Shown here one piece after another: positions 29,021 through 39,473 of a stretch of 64,000 nucleotides of DNA. This stretch comes from Candidatus Bathyarchaeota archaeon. GTDB taxonomy: Archaea; Thermoproteota; Bathyarchaeia; Bathyarchaeales; Bathycorpusculaceae. The position numbers and the translations under genes were made by a program. Location: the NCBI GenBank assembly GCA_963826715.1, contig CAWGYA010000008.1, forward strand, positions 1,216,001-1,280,000, written 5' to 3'. Below the pieces are notes generated by a model. It made no database searches, had not been told where the DNA came from, and saw only the letters and a list, made by a program, of their open reading frames with translations. Every line of letters starts with the position of its first letter. Position 1 is the first letter of the stretch.

Positions 29021-30421
29021 ATGCCAACACAAATACAAACCCAAATCAAACCCTTAAACTACGTCAAATTTAGTTACACCAGCAACCCCTTTAATATCTT
29101 TTCAAAGTTGCACCAAAAATACCGAATCGCTTACCTTCTTGAATCTATCGAAGGTCCTCAAAAACTGGCCCAATTCTCTTTCTTAGGGTTCAATCCAAAA
29201 ACAACTATAAGCGCCAAAAACGGTGAAGTTACAGTAACCGACACAAAAACGGGCAAAACCATTACCCACCAGACCTGTGACCCCTTCCAAATCATCCAGC
29301 AGCAGCTCGCCCCCTACGACAATGACATGGTGAACTTTCGCTTCGTCGGTGGCGCCTTAGGTTATGTAGGCTACGACGCAATTCGCTATATCGAAAAACT
29401 TCCCGCTCAAAAACCAGACACGCTTGAGTTTCCCGACGTGGAAATGGGAATTTTCGAGGACGGTTTCGTGTTTGACCACACCATCAATCAGGCGTACTAT
29501 TATTTCCGCGGCGAAAACCGCCTATCCGAAATCGAGGCGCTTCTAAAAGAACCGTCTGAGAAAGAAGAGCCTTTTGCCTATACGGAGCCTCTGGTGAACA
29601 GGTCAAAAGGGGATTTTGAGGCAGCAGTTGAGAAAGCTAAGCATTACGTAACGGCAGGCGACATCTTCCAAGTCGTGCTTTCTAAACGCTTCGAGTTCCA
29701 GTACCGGGGCAGCCTGCTCGCCTTCTATCGGAGCCTGCGTCAGATTAACCCCTCACCATACATGTTCTACTATAAAGCGGGCAGCCGCCAAATCGTCGGC
29801 GCCAGCCCAGAGATGCTGGTGCGCGTGGACAGCGGCAAAGTGGTGACTTTCCCCATAGCGGGCACCGCACCCTACACCACCAACACAGCCGAGAATCTTC
29901 GGCTGGGCAAGGAGTTGCTCTCTGACCCCAAGGAGCGGGCTGAGCATGTGATGCTGGTGGATTTGGCACGCAACGATTTGGGCAGAATCAGCCGCTACGG
30001 CAGTGTTTCTGTGCCTGAGTTTATGCAGGTTCACCAGTTCAGCCACGTCCAACACATCGTCTCCCAAGTCGTTGGCGACCTCAAAGACCATTTGGAGAGC
30101 TTTGACGCGCTAAAAGCCGTATTTCCAGCGGGCACCGTTTCGGGCGCGCCCAAAGTCCGCGCTATGGAAATCATCGAGGAACTTGAGCCCTCACACCGCG
30201 GTCCATACGCTGGTGCCGTGGGCTACTTTAGTTGTAATGGCAACTCGGACTTCGCAATAACCATCCGCACCCTCTTCGCACAGGATAACCACGCCTACAT
30301 TCAGGCTGGCGCAGGTATCGTGGCAGACTCCGTGCCCGAAAAAGAGTGGTTTGAAACCGAACACAAAGCCGAGGCGCTTATGAAGGCTCTATCGCATGCA
30401 TCAGGAGGCAAAACCCAATGA
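29021..30421 (+). CDS. trpE: Anthranilate synthase component I
   Basis: LLES, GDIFQVVLS, NPSPY, ASPE, EHVMLVDLARND, FPAGTVSGAPK. Confidence 0.96.
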   Translation: MPTQIQTQIKPLNYVKFSYTSNPFNIFSKLHQKYRIAYLLESIEGPQKLAQFSFLGFNPKTTISAKNGEVTVTDTKTGKTITHQTCDPFQIIQQQLAPYDNDMVNFRFVGGALGYVGYDAIRYIEKLPAQKPDTLEFPDVEMGIFEDGFVFDHTINQAYYYFRGENRLSEIEALLKEPSEKEEPFAYTEPLVNRSKGDFEAAVEKAKHYVTAGDIFQVVLSKRFEFQYRGSLLAFYRSLRQINPSPYMFYYKAGSRQIVGASPEMLVRVDSGKVVTFPIAGTAPYTTNTAENLRLGKELLSDPKERAEHVMLVDLARNDLGRISRYGSVSVPEFMQVHQFSHVQHIVSQVVGDLKDHLESFDALKAVFPAGTVSGAPKVRAMEIIEELEPSHRGPYAGAVGYFSCNGNSDFAITIRTLFAQDNHAYIQAGAGIVADSVPEKEWFETEHKAEALMKALSHASGGKTQ

Positions 30422-31008
30422 AAGTTTTGATAATTGATAACTATGATAGCTTCGTTTACAACCTCGTCCAGTACACTGGTGAGCAGGGCGCAGAAACCGT
30501 GGTTTACCGTAACGACCAAATCACTTTGGAGCAAGCTGCTGCCCTCAAACCCGACCGCATCGTTATCTCGCCTGGACCCGGCACCCCCGAAGATGACAAG
30601 TTTTTCGGTGTCTGCAAAGCCATCCTCCAAACACTAAGTCACAACATACCCACCCTTGGTGTTTGCCTTGGGCATCAGGGCATCATCTACAGCTACGGCG
30701 GTAAGGTGGTACATGCTAAAAAGCTGATGCATGGCAAAACCTGCATCATAAGCCACAGCGGCAAAGCCCTCTTCGACGGCGTCCGAAACCCGTTTAGCGC
30801 CACACGCTACCACTCATTGGCGGGCGAGCGCAGCAGCATACCCGACTGTCTTGAAATCACCGCCGAAGCCGTAGATGACGGAGAAATCATGGGCATCCGC
30901 CACCGCAAATTCCCAATCTACGGCGTGCAATTCCACCCCGAAAGCATACTGTGCGAGGATGGTAAAGTCATAATAAGAAACTTCCTCAAAGGAGAGAATT
31001 TGCCGTGA
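30418..31008 (+). CDS. trpG: Anthranilate synthase component II
   Basis: IDNYDSF, SPGPG, GVCLGHQ, RYHSL, QFHPES. Confidence 0.96.
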   Translation: MKVLIIDNYDSFVYNLVQYTGEQGAETVVYRNDQITLEQAAALKPDRIVISPGPGTPEDDKFFGVCKAILQTLSHNIPTLGVCLGHQGIIYSYGGKVVHAKKLMHGKTCIISHSGKALFDGVRNPFSATRYHSLAGERSSIPDCLEITAEAVDDGEIMGIRHRKFPIYGVQFHPESILCEDGKVIIRNFLKGENLP

Positions 31009-32057
31009 TACGTGAGAGCATCGCAAAGCTCGTCGAAGGCAAAGCTCTTAGTTTCGTGGAGTCGGAGGCGGTAATGGCGGAAATCATGACCGGAAAAGCC
31101 ACCAACGCGCAAACCGCAGCTTTCCTTATTGAATTGCGTCTCAAGGGCGAGTCGGTGGAGGAACTTTATGCGTTTGCGTCTGTGATGCGTGCGTATTGCC
31201 GCCAAATTCACCCCAAAGTCAGCGGGCGACTGTTGGATACATGCGGAACAGGCGGCGACAAACTCAAAACTTTCAACGTCAGCACGACGGCGGCGTTTGT
31301 GATTGCAGGTGCAGGCGTAGCCGTGGCAAAACACGGTAACCGCGCAGTTACTTCCTGCAGCGGCAGCGCCGACGTACTGGAACGCCTCGGGTTCAACCTA
31401 TCCCAATCTCCTGAAGAAGTAGAAGCAGCCATTGAGCGCGTAGGTGTGGGTTTCATGTTTGCGCCCACCTTCCATCCTGCCATGAAGCACGTGGCTCCGG
31501 TGCGCCGCGAAATCGGCATCCGAACAGTCTTCAACGTGCTAGGACCATTGACTAACCCCGCTAACGCTTCGGTGCAGTTGCTGGGTGTCTATGACCCCAC
31601 GCTTGTGACTCAGCTGGCTGCGGCTTTGGAGCGGCTGGGGTGTAGTGAAGCCCTCGTGGTGCATGGAATTGATGGGCTCGATGAGATTTCCACGGTCGGC
31701 AAAACCGTTGTTGCGCATCTTAAAGACCGCGAAATAACCGAATCCGAGATGTCGCCAGAGGATTTTGGTGTCAAAAAAACCACCGTTGCCGACTTGCAGT
31801 GTACCTCGGCTGAGGAGAGCGCACAGGTAACCATTAAAATCCTCACTGGGCAGTTGCTGGGCACGCCAAAAAGCGACATAGTACTCGTCAATGCCGCAGC
31901 AGGCATCATTGTAGGCGGGAAAGCCTCTTCGTTTGCTGAGGGCATGGAGTTAGCCCAAAAATCTATCATCAGCGGTGCAGCTTACAGTAAATTAAGTAGT
32001 CTAGTGAAAATGTCAGGTGGCAACCTTCAGAAGCTTGAGGAGTTTGAGCGTTCATAA
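31005..32057 (+). CDS. trpD: Anthranilate phosphoribosyltransferase
   Basis: DTCGTGGD, NVSTT, KHGNR, GSADVLE, GLDE. Confidence 0.97.
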   Translation: MIRESIAKLVEGKALSFVESEAVMAEIMTGKATNAQTAAFLIELRLKGESVEELYAFASVMRAYCRQIHPKVSGRLLDTCGTGGDKLKTFNVSTTAAFVIAGAGVAVAKHGNRAVTSCSGSADVLERLGFNLSQSPEEVEAAIERVGVGFMFAPTFHPAMKHVAPVRREIGIRTVFNVLGPLTNPANASVQLLGVYDPTLVTQLAAALERLGCSEALVVHGIDGLDEISTVGKTVVAHLKDREITESEMSPEDFGVKKTTVADLQCTSAEESAQVTIKILTGQLLGTPKSDIVLVNAAAGIIVGGKASSFAEGMELAQKSIISGAAYSKLSSLVKMSGGNLQKLEEFERS

Positions 32058-32833
32058 CTGATTTTCTTGACACACTCGCGAAAGATGCATTGGACAATAT
32101 TGAGGGCGGATACTACAAGCACTACCGAACCGTTAAACCCGTCCAAGCCAGCCTAAAAGCTGCTGTTTTAACCAACAAAGCCAACGCTGTTATAGCTGAA
32201 ATAAAAGCGGCTTCCCCCTCCGCGGGAACCATCCGTAGCACCGTGGACGCGGCAGCCATGGCGCAGGCGATGCAGAGAGGCGGTGCAGCAGGCTTATCAG
32301 TACTCACTGAACCCAAACACTTCAAAGGGTCATTGCAGGCGCTAAGCCAAGCCCGAGTAGCCGTGAAATTGCCCATCCTCATGAAAGACATTGTCTTGAT
32401 GCAAAAGCAAATCGAGGTTGCCTCCAAGCTGGGTGCTAATGCGGTGTTGTTGATAGAGGCGCTTTTTGATAGAGGCTACTGCGACGTTGATGACGTCGAG
32501 CAAGCTATCGCTAATGCACATGGTTATGGTTTAGAGGTGCTGCTTGAGGCGCACACCGAGACAGAATACCTAAAAGCGGTCCAGACCAAAGCGGACATAG
32601 TCGGAATCAACAACCGCAACCTAGCTACGCTAAAAATCGACTTAGACACCACCAAAACCATCCTGCAACGGCACGGCAAACACGGCAAAACCGTGATATC
32701 TGAAAGTGGTATCAACACAGCCTCTGACCTGCAGTTTCTCCGCGGATGCGGTGCAGACGGGTTTCTGGTTGGCTCAAGCATTATGTCAACTGCGGATGTT
32801 GAATTGAAAGTTAAGGAGTTTGTGCAAGCATGA
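32054..32833 (+). CDS. trpC: Indole-3-glycerol phosphate synthase (probable ATA start at 32054; first canonical start TTG 32090)
   Basis: [38 protein letters not shown]. Confidence 0.94.
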   Translation: MTDFLDTLAKDALDNIEGGYYKHYRTVKPVQASLKAAVLTNKANAVIAEIKAASPSAGTIRSTVDAAAMAQAMQRGGAAGLSVLTEPKHFKGSLQALSQARVAVKLPILMKDIVLMQKQIEVASKLGANAVLLIEALFDRGYCDVDDVEQAIANAHGYGLEVLLEAHTETEYLKAVQTKADIVGINNRNLATLKIDLDTTKTILQRHGKHGKTVISESGINTASDLQFLRGCGADGFLVGSSIMSTADVELKVKEFVQA

Positions 32834-34026
32834 ACCTAAGCAACTACCCCATAGACGGCAAATACGGCAAGTACGGCGGGCGCTTTGTCCCCGAAATCCT
32901 TATGGAAGCTATTACCCAGCTCGAAAAAGCCTACAGCGAGGCAAAGGCTGACCCGGAATTCCAGCGGCAACTCGACTATTACCTCGCTGAATTCGTCGGA
33001 CGACCCACACCGTTATACCTTGCCGAAAACCTTACCTGCAAACTGGGGGGCGCAAAAATCTACCTCAAACGCGAAGACCTCGCCCACGGCGGCGCACACA
33101 AAATCAACAACACCCTCGGACAGGCGCTTCTCGCCAAGCGGATGGGCAAAAACCGCGTGATCGCCGAGACAGGCGCAGGTCAACATGGCGTAGCAACCGC
33201 GATTGCCTGTGCTGCGCTGGGGCTTAAAGCCGTCGTGTTCATGGGCACGGAGGACTGCAAGCGCCAACGCCTAAACGTTTTCCGCATGAGATTGATGGAT
33301 GCCGAAGTACACCCCGTCGAATCTGGCTCCAAAACGCTTAAGGACAGCATTAATGAGGCGTTCCGTGACTGGGTAACCAACATCGAATCCACCTACTACC
33401 TCATCGGCTCCACAATGGGACCGCACCCTTACCCCATGATTGTCCGCGACTTCCAAAGCGTCATCGGAAAAGAGATCAAGCAACAATTTAAAGCCAAAAC
33501 AGGTGGCTTACCAGATGCACTGGTAGCATGCGTGGGCGGTGGCTCTAATGCGATGGGCACATTTTACCCCTTCGAAGACGACACCTCAGTAAAGCTCTAC
33601 GGCGTCGAAGCGGCAGGCGAAGGCATAGAGACGGGGCGTCATGCGGCGACGTTGGCGGCTGGCAGCGAAGGTGTGTTCCACGGCATGTACACTTTCATTC
33701 TGCAGGACCGAAACGGGCAGATCCAACACACCACCAGCATCTCCGCGGGTCTTGACTACCCAGGCGTGGGACCAGAGCATTCGTTCCTAAAGACACTAAA
33801 GCGGGCACAGTACGCTTACGCAGACGACAAGGAAGCGGTGGATACTTTTCTTTTACTCTGCAAAGAAGAAGGCATTCTGCCCGCGCTGGAATCTTCCCAT
33901 GCCCTCGCATACGCGGTCAAGTTGGCACGCCAGATGCACAAAGACCAATCCATCGTCGTCACCCTCTCAGGTCGCGGCGACAAAGACGTAGAAACAATAG
34001 CAGACTACATAGGTGCAAAAATATGA
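32830..34026 (+). CDS. trpB: Tryptophan synthase beta chain
   Basis: [56 protein letters not shown]. Confidence 0.98.
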   Translation: MNLSNYPIDGKYGKYGGRFVPEILMEAITQLEKAYSEAKADPEFQRQLDYYLAEFVGRPTPLYLAENLTCKLGGAKIYLKREDLAHGGAHKINNTLGQALLAKRMGKNRVIAETGAGQHGVATAIACAALGLKAVVFMGTEDCKRQRLNVFRMRLMDAEVHPVESGSKTLKDSINEAFRDWVTNIESTYYLIGSTMGPHPYPMIVRDFQSVIGKEIKQQFKAKTGGLPDALVACVGGGSNAMGTFYPFEDDTSVKLYGVEAAGEGIETGRHAATLAAGSEGVFHGMYTFILQDRNGQIQHTTSISAGLDYPGVGPEHSFLKTLKRAQYAYADDKEAVDTFLLLCKEEGILPALESSHALAYAVKLARQMHKDQSIVVTLSGRGDKDVETIADYIGAKI

Positions 34027-34832
34027 GTAAAATAAGGCACGTCTTCCAGAAAGCCAAAGCTAACAGCGACGGTTTGCTCATCGGCTACATAACTGCAGGC
34101 GACCCCACCCCTGAACAGACACCCAAAATCGCAGACGTCCTCGTACGAGGCGGCGTAGACATTCTAGAGATAGGACTGCCTTTTTCCGACCCCATCGCGG
34201 ATGGACCCACCATCCAAGAGGCGAGTCTGCGTGCGCTTAACGCGGGCACCACGCCTATGAAGGTGCTGGAGATCGCAGCAGAAATCAAAAAAGCACATGG
34301 CATCCCACTGGTAATCATGACCTACTACAACCCCATACTCCACTTGGGTCTCGACAGCTTCTTCGCAGCAGCCAAAGCCGCGGGCGTAGACGGCTTTATC
34401 ACACCTGATTTGCCCGTGGAAGAAGCCGCGGACTACCGCAAAGTAGCCGCCGTAAATGGCTTAGACACAATATTTCTTGCGTCCCCCGCCACCTCAAACG
34501 AGCGTTTAGCCAAAATTGTGGATGCTTCCTCGGGCTTTCTGTATCTGGTGTCGCGGTTCGGCGTCACGGGCGCGCAGAGCAACGTGGCGGAATCGACGGT
34601 GCAACTCATCAGGCGGGTGCAGCCCTATACAGTAGGTAAGTTGCCGTTGGCGGTTGGGTTTGGCATCTCAAAACCCGAACACGTCCGGCGCGTGATCGAG
34701 GCAGGTGCGGACGCCGCCATCGTAGGGTCTGCATTCATCAACATAACCCAAAAACACCACGGCAATACCGAGGCTATGCTTAAAGACTTGAAGGCAACTG
34801 TTTCAGTGTTGAAGGCAGCCACAAAAATATAG
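34023..34832 (+). CDS. trpA: Tryptophan synthase alpha chain
   Basis: [41 protein letters not shown]. Confidence 0.98.
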   Translation: MSKIRHVFQKAKANSDGLLIGYITAGDPTPEQTPKIADVLVRGGVDILEIGLPFSDPIADGPTIQEASLRALNAGTTPMKVLEIAAEIKKAHGIPLVIMTYYNPILHLGLDSFFAAAKAAGVDGFITPDLPVEEAADYRKVAAVNGLDTIFLASPATSNERLAKIVDASSGFLYLVSRFGVTGAQSNVAESTVQLIRRVQPYTVGKLPLAVGFGISKPEHVRRVIEAGADAAIVGSAFINITQKHHGNTEAMLKDLKATVSVLKAATKI

Positions 34833-35006
34833 TTCCATTCTGGTGATCAAAAAGCTGCCTGCGGAAGTCGCCTCAACCAGCAAGCAACCCACAGCAAATG
34901 TGGAACCCAAAAAAAGCAATTATCTCTCAGAGCACGAGAAGATGAAGAGTAAGGGGGACTCGCCTTCTTCTTTATACTAAAAATTAATCTGGAAAACTGC
35001 GTAATC

Positions 35007-35123
35007 TTAGCTGTCATCGTCCAAGCATTCTAGGCACATGCCATCGCATTTTTCGTAGTATAGCTTGATTATTTCTCGACCGCAAGCTTCATCAAAGTTT
35101 TTGGTTGCGCTCCTGTTATGCAT
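35007..35123 (-). CDS. Possible degenerate zinc-ribbon micro-ORF (38 aa)
   Basis: MHNRSATKNFDEACGREIIKLYYEKCDGMCLECLDDDS. Confidence 0.35.
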   Translation of the reverse strand: MHNRSATKNFDEACGREIIKLYYEKCDGMCLECLDDDS

Positions 35124-35240
35124 CTATAACTGGCTATTGGGTTCTTGTTTAATTAGACTATTCAAAGATAAAACTGAATTTCTTGCTGCTACAAGTTATC
35201 TTGTTGCGAAACTTTTAAAGCACGTTTTGTTCCTATAGCT

Positions 35241-35564
35241 GTGGCGATGGATCTTAGGCGGTGGGTCAGGGGTCCATTATCTCCGTAAATCCTCTACATG
35301 ACGGGCTGACATCTGCGGATGAGGCGTCAAAGGTCGCCTGGAGTTTCATTTCCGAACCAGTGACTATCCGTCCTTTGGGGCTGGCGGTCGATGGGTAGTT
35401 TCCGTAGGGAAGCTGCTTCATCGTTTAACAGGCGAACCTGGCTAGGCTCGGGAGAGAGCAACCTAAGTTTGGACGTTATGCGCTCAAGGGGGTGCGGGTA
35501 CGAGTGTAGGGTTTGAGGTTTCCAGGCGGAGTCTAGGCGTCGAACCGCAGCGGTCCATCGCTAC
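35241..35564 (+). ncRNA. ffs: Archaeal signal recognition particle RNA (7S)
   Basis: 5' GTGGCGATGGATC pairs with 3' GGTCCATCGCTAC; helix 6 GATGGGTAGTTTCC-GTAG-GGAAGCTGCTTCATC; helix 8 AACCTGGCTAGGCTC-GGGA-GAGAGCAACCTA; TTTTAAA box upstream, T-run downstream. Confidence 0.9.
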
Positions 35565-35665
35565 TTTTACAATTAGACTTATTTCTTGCCTTAAATTAAA
35601 TAGTTTTCAAGAAAAGTTTTACAGCACACTATAATTTCCAAATGCTTGCAACATTAATTTCTTAT

Positions 35666-36196
35666 TCAGCTAAATTCGTCAATGCTTTTTTTGAAAAGAG
35701 CCTTATCAATCACTCTCGCATCCAAATTGTGTTTCGCTGCGGTTTTGCGCATTGCAGTTAGGAAACGAATGTAGTTTTGCGGGGTATATAGACCCGCAGG
35801 TGGGTTGCCTAACAATCGTTTCCAGACGTTTTGATCGAAGATGCCGTAATGTTTGGGGTCGAAAAATGCAAGGATTACGCTAGCAAGGATTGGCGAGATG
35901 CCTTCAAGAGTGGTAAGGCAATTGATGCGGTACATGTCATCCCCATGGGGTAGACACAGTACCTGACTACTAATGCGCGCCACTGTTTCTTCGTTGTTTC
36001 GAGCTACTAACTCTTGAGCACGTGCAAGTTTATCAGATTCCTCTTTGAATTTCCACTCAACCACTGAGGTTAGGTCCTTCAGGGTGAGTGATTTATTTTT
36101 TCGGAATTTACTGCCGAGTTCCCTTTCCCTCTGCGCTTGCCAACCAAACGCCTTGTCGTACTTGCGACTCCACATAACATAATCAGGCTTATCCAA
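35666..36196 (-). CDS. Hypothetical protein with helix-hairpin-helix DNA glycosylase-like motif
   Basis: VVEWK...LTTLEGISPILASVIL..FDPKHYGIFD. Confidence 0.65.
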   Translation of the reverse strand: MDKPDYVMWSRKYDKAFGWQAQRERELGSKFRKNKSLTLKDLTSVVEWKFKEESDKLARAQELVARNNEETVARISSQVLCLPHGDDMYRINCLTTLEGISPILASVILAFFDPKHYGIFDQNVWKRLLGNPPAGLYTPQNYIRFLTAMRKTAAKHNLDARVIDKALFKKSIDEFS

Positions 36197-36266
36197 GCTT
36201 GTTCACAGCAACATAGTCTCTGCTCTACAATTTCTGTGTTACCTAAAATCAAAAATATAGGTGGGT

Positions 36267-36392
36267 TTAGTTTTGATCAACTAAATGGGCGGTACCGTCA
36301 GGACAGTAGACTTTTTCGTCTTTTCCGACGCGTCTGTATCGCTCACTGCACATATGCAGCATCTCGCAACCGTCACAATCTCTACTCAGCAT
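36267..36392 (-). CDS. Cys/His-rich micro-protein (41 aa), paralogue of 2592-2765
   Basis: MLSRDCDGCEMLHMCSERYRRVGKDEKVYCPDGTAHLVDQN; GGAGGCGA RBS; TTATAA box upstream. Confidence 0.82.
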   Translation of the reverse strand: MLSRDCDGCEMLHMCSERYRRVGKDEKVYCPDGTAHLVDQN

Positions 36393-37074
36393 TTCTTCGC
36401 CTCCATTAGGGCATGATCCATGATCAAAAATCACTTATAAGATTATGTAACATGTAACTATATACCTACAGCAATACCTGGCGAAGTGTTTAGAAAATAG
36501 CTAACTTCTGAAAGGTTTAATATCTTACGAGCCGGAGAGGCTGTTTTGGTTTAGCAATCCCGAATACCTAACTACATACGTCGTCGCTCTGCCATTTTTA
36601 ATGCGTGCCGAACGCGAGAACGGACATACCCCATGAATTTGAATAGCAAAGCGCTTAAGTCTGCCGCTAATAGTGGGTTGCCAAAGCCATCATGCCGTCA
36701 TCCAAACTTTTTAGAGTTTTGTTTTGCTCTGTTAACCTTATCATTCTTTTTTAATATAAATAATTTTGAGAAATGTTCATAACTTTTAAGAAAAACTTAA
36801 CAAACGCTCAAAGGTTTAGAATCTTGCACTTTATCTGGTAGAAATCTTCTGAAAAAAATCTACAAGAAATACCTTGTTTCAACTTACATTCGTTGGGTAG
36901 ATTGCTAAAGAAACATCTATAAGCCTTAAGCTACCAGCGCAAATATGTGGGGTCCATGTTCTACCCGATATAGTTGTTCTGAGGAAAAATAAAATATTCA
37001 AATTATTTAAAAAAAGTTTTGTTTCGTTTCTTCAAGATAACTCTATCAAAGTAGCTTTATCTGATGATAAATCC

Positions 37075-37395
37075 TCAGGGCGAAATCATAGGACGATTCC
37101 ATAACATGTGCTCAATTGAGCGCAATAACTGATACCCAAAGAGTATTGCGACGAAGTAGGTAGGCCACAGAATTACAGGCCAGTTACCTGGGGTATAATT
37201 CCAAAGCCCTGTGGAAACGGCAAAGAACTCCATTAAAGCCAAAGATAGCATTCCACCGAAAGCCAAAAAGACTTGTTCCTTAACTTCGTGTTTTGCGTTC
37301 CATTTATGACGGGCAACAATTAAAACTGCCCATGCGCCAAGGAAAGCGAATAAAAGTATATACCAGTTTGAGTTGAAATCAAATATTACATTCAT
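37075..37395 (-). CDS. Small membrane protein (3 TM)
   Basis: Hydrophobic ORF, E.FAVSTGLWNY motif; 10 bp downstream of the RNase H-like gene. Confidence 0.75.
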   Translation of the reverse strand: MNVIFDFNSNWYILLFAFLGAWAVLIVARHKWNAKHEVKEQVFLAFGGMLSLALMEFFAVSTGLWNYTPGNWPVILWPTYFVAILFGYQLLRSIEHMLWNRPMISP

Positions 37396-37405
37396 TGTTT
37401 TTTAC

Positions 37406-38086
37406 CTAAATTTTGTTTTTAATTATTTTTCTATTTTTTCGGGGTTTTCGGTTGATGCGAGGGGGTTTATGGTTTGACCAGCACTTTGAGCAGAACACAG
37501 GTTTATCGGCTTTAGGCTGGAAGGGCACTTCACATTGGGCTTCGCATTCACTACAAATAGCATTATATGTAGAGGGTACACTGAAAGCTTTGAAGATTTG
37601 ATATTTCTTAAGCCTTGGCCAACCGGTTTTAGCGTAACGCAGCATTTCTGGGTTATCTTTGAGCCAGCGCATCATATGAAAAAAGTTTTTGCCCCTTTTC
37701 TCTTCCCGCTCCGAGAGAGGTTCATAGCCTAAGTTGCGAATTTCATCTAGATAAGCGATTTCGACTAGGCGTTGGGTTTCGCCTTCGACGTGAATTCGTT
37801 TAATACGGTCTTCTCCGTATATTTTCTGCAGTTCTGCCGCTGCAACGTCAAAGATGCAACCCTGACAAATGTGAATAGATTCGTCCTTTTTTAGATTGAA
37901 TTTAGCGACAAGCTTCGATACAACACGGGCAGATTCTTGAAGGTACTCTTTTTCGCGGAAGTTATCTTGGTAAAACCTGACGTCTATTAAATCGTATTTG
38001 AATTCGCCTGTTTCTTCATGATAGGCGCCGACTACTACGCCGAAAAGTAAATCACCACTGCCGGCGTCGTCAACGATAAGGGTCAA
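37406..38086 (-). CDS. RNase HII-like-fold uncharacterised protein fused to C-terminal CxxC-x17-CxxC domain
   Basis: IVDDAGSGDLLFGVVVG...KTGW; C-terminal CSECEAQCEVPFQPKADKPVFCSKC plus basic tail. Confidence 0.75.
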   Translation of the reverse strand: MTLIVDDAGSGDLLFGVVVGAYHEETGEFKYDLIDVRFYQDNFREKEYLQESARVVSKLVAKFNLKKDESIHICQGCIFDVAAAELQKIYGEDRIKRIHVEGETQRLVEIAYLDEIRNLGYEPLSEREEKRGKNFFHMMRWLKDNPEMLRYAKTGWPRLKKYQIFKAFSVPSTYNAICSECEAQCEVPFQPKADKPVFCSKCWSNHKPPRINRKPRKNRKIIKNKI

Positions 38087-38482
38087 CTTGGGATATATCC
38101 CTCTCTTTTCTCAAGCCAATAAGTGGGCGTTCTATAAAAACCCGCCTTTCATAAAAGATGTAAATTTGGGTCAAAGAACTCAAAAGTTGGAAGTAAATCA
38201 ATGGCTTTATTTTTATTACCCCTGTAACTCCAATAAGTTGTAAGTTTTTTGTAACATCTTTTAGTGACCTAAACGCGAGCTGGACCCCCTCAAAATTAAA
38301 ACCTAACAATTTTGCAAATAAATTGTATGTATAGAGAACGCTTTTAGGCTTCAGAGCTTTCTATAATGTAAAAACATTGTTCCATTGCAAATCCTTCGCT
38401 GTATATATATATCATCTTATTTTACTTCTGTTAAAACCCTTTTGACCTAGTATGATTAAAGGGTAATAAGAATTCAAAAAAA

Positions 38483-38629
38483 TTAATGCTGGTTTGTTTT
38501 AGACTCTTTCTTTCTACTAACATCCACATAGCTTTTCTTGCTGCTTTTCTTGCGGTAAGTACAATTGAGTCGAACAGACGATTTACATCTGCGACAATTT
38601 TTAACTAAGCCTGCGCGTAACATACACAT
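38483..38629 (-). CDS. Possible small basic Cys-containing ORF (48 aa)
   Basis: MCMLRAGLVKNCRRCKSSVRLNCTYRKKSSKKSYVDVSRKKESKTNQH, in an otherwise AT-rich spacer. Confidence 0.35.
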   Translation of the reverse strand: MCMLRAGLVKNCRRCKSSVRLNCTYRKKSSKKSYVDVSRKKESKTNQH

Positions 38630-38968
38630 ATTTTTTCTCTCTTTGATTTTCGATTAGAAAAGAATCAGTTATTCAATCAGTTGCCATCTAAGAGGATAAG
38701 AGAAACTCTTCATGCAACATATACATCTCTTCTTAATAAGGGTTAAGAAAATAACCTCATTTTGTGAACAGGAAAATTTTTTGTTTTCTTTACCTGAAAG
38801 CGGCGCAAATATTATTTTTTGGCTATTTTTAAGGCAAAAAAAGCTTTTTTTTTGAATAGACTAATATAGGCGGTGAAACCAATTAAAGTAATTAGAATTT
38901 TCATAAGAGGAAGAGGAATTAAAGAACTCGCTTACTTTTTCTCGATTATTCTGATGAAAGGGCTCAAA

Positions 38969-39274
38969 ATGGGTAAAAGAAAAATAACAAATGAAGGTAG
39001 CCTAGACAATATGGTTCTTCCCTCATCAAATGATGTTCTGGGTATGGCAATAAAAATGTTGGGTGCCGATCGAATAATGGTTAAATGCCAAGATGGCAAC
39101 GAACGCCTGTGTCGAATTAGAGGTAAACTAAAACGGCGTGTTTGGATACGGGAAGGAGACATTGTTTTAGTTTCACCCTGGGATTTCCAAAAAGAAAGCA
39201 GAGGAGACATCTTCTGGCGGTATAGAAAAAATCAGTCTGATTGGTTGAGAAACCACAAATATCTTACCATGTAG
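38969..39274 (+). CDS. eif1a: Translation initiation factor aIF-1A
   Basis: [51 protein letters not shown]. Confidence 0.95.
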   Translation: MGKRKITNEGSLDNMVLPSSNDVLGMAIKMLGADRIMVKCQDGNERLCRIRGKLKRRVWIREGDIVLVSPWDFQKESRGDIFWRYRKNQSDWLRNHKYLTM

Positions 39275-39294
39275 GAGGGGAGGATTACATTATT

Positions 39295-39462
39295 TTGAAA
39301 TGTACCGAATGCGGAAACACCTTCCAAAAGGAAGGCAGTTTAACAGATAATCAATTAATATCTTGTCCCGTTTGTGAAGCAAATTACAGAGCAGTAGTTA
39401 CGGATGGAAAAATTCGTCTGGAAGATTTCGTCTTTGAAGAAAAAGATCTTGGCGAACTCTAA
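39295..39462 (+). CDS. LysW/ArgW-like zinc-ribbon protein (55 aa)
   Basis: TTG start after GGAGGGGAGG; CTEC...CPVC and acidic tail EEKDLGEL. Confidence 0.7.
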   Translation: MKCTECGNTFQKEGSLTDNQLISCPVCEANYRAVVTDGKIRLEDFVFEEKDLGEL

Positions 39463-39473
39463 TCGGATAACTG

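Noticed and set aside
28960-29075. Possible trp leader peptide (MGNRIWHY...)
   Set aside because: Single Trp codon, overlaps trpE, and no attenuator hairpins evident.
35241-35564. Alternative identity as RNase P RNA or a novel ncRNA
   Set aside because: No RNase P GAGGAAAGUCC motif; helix 6 and helix 8 features and size fit SRP RNA.
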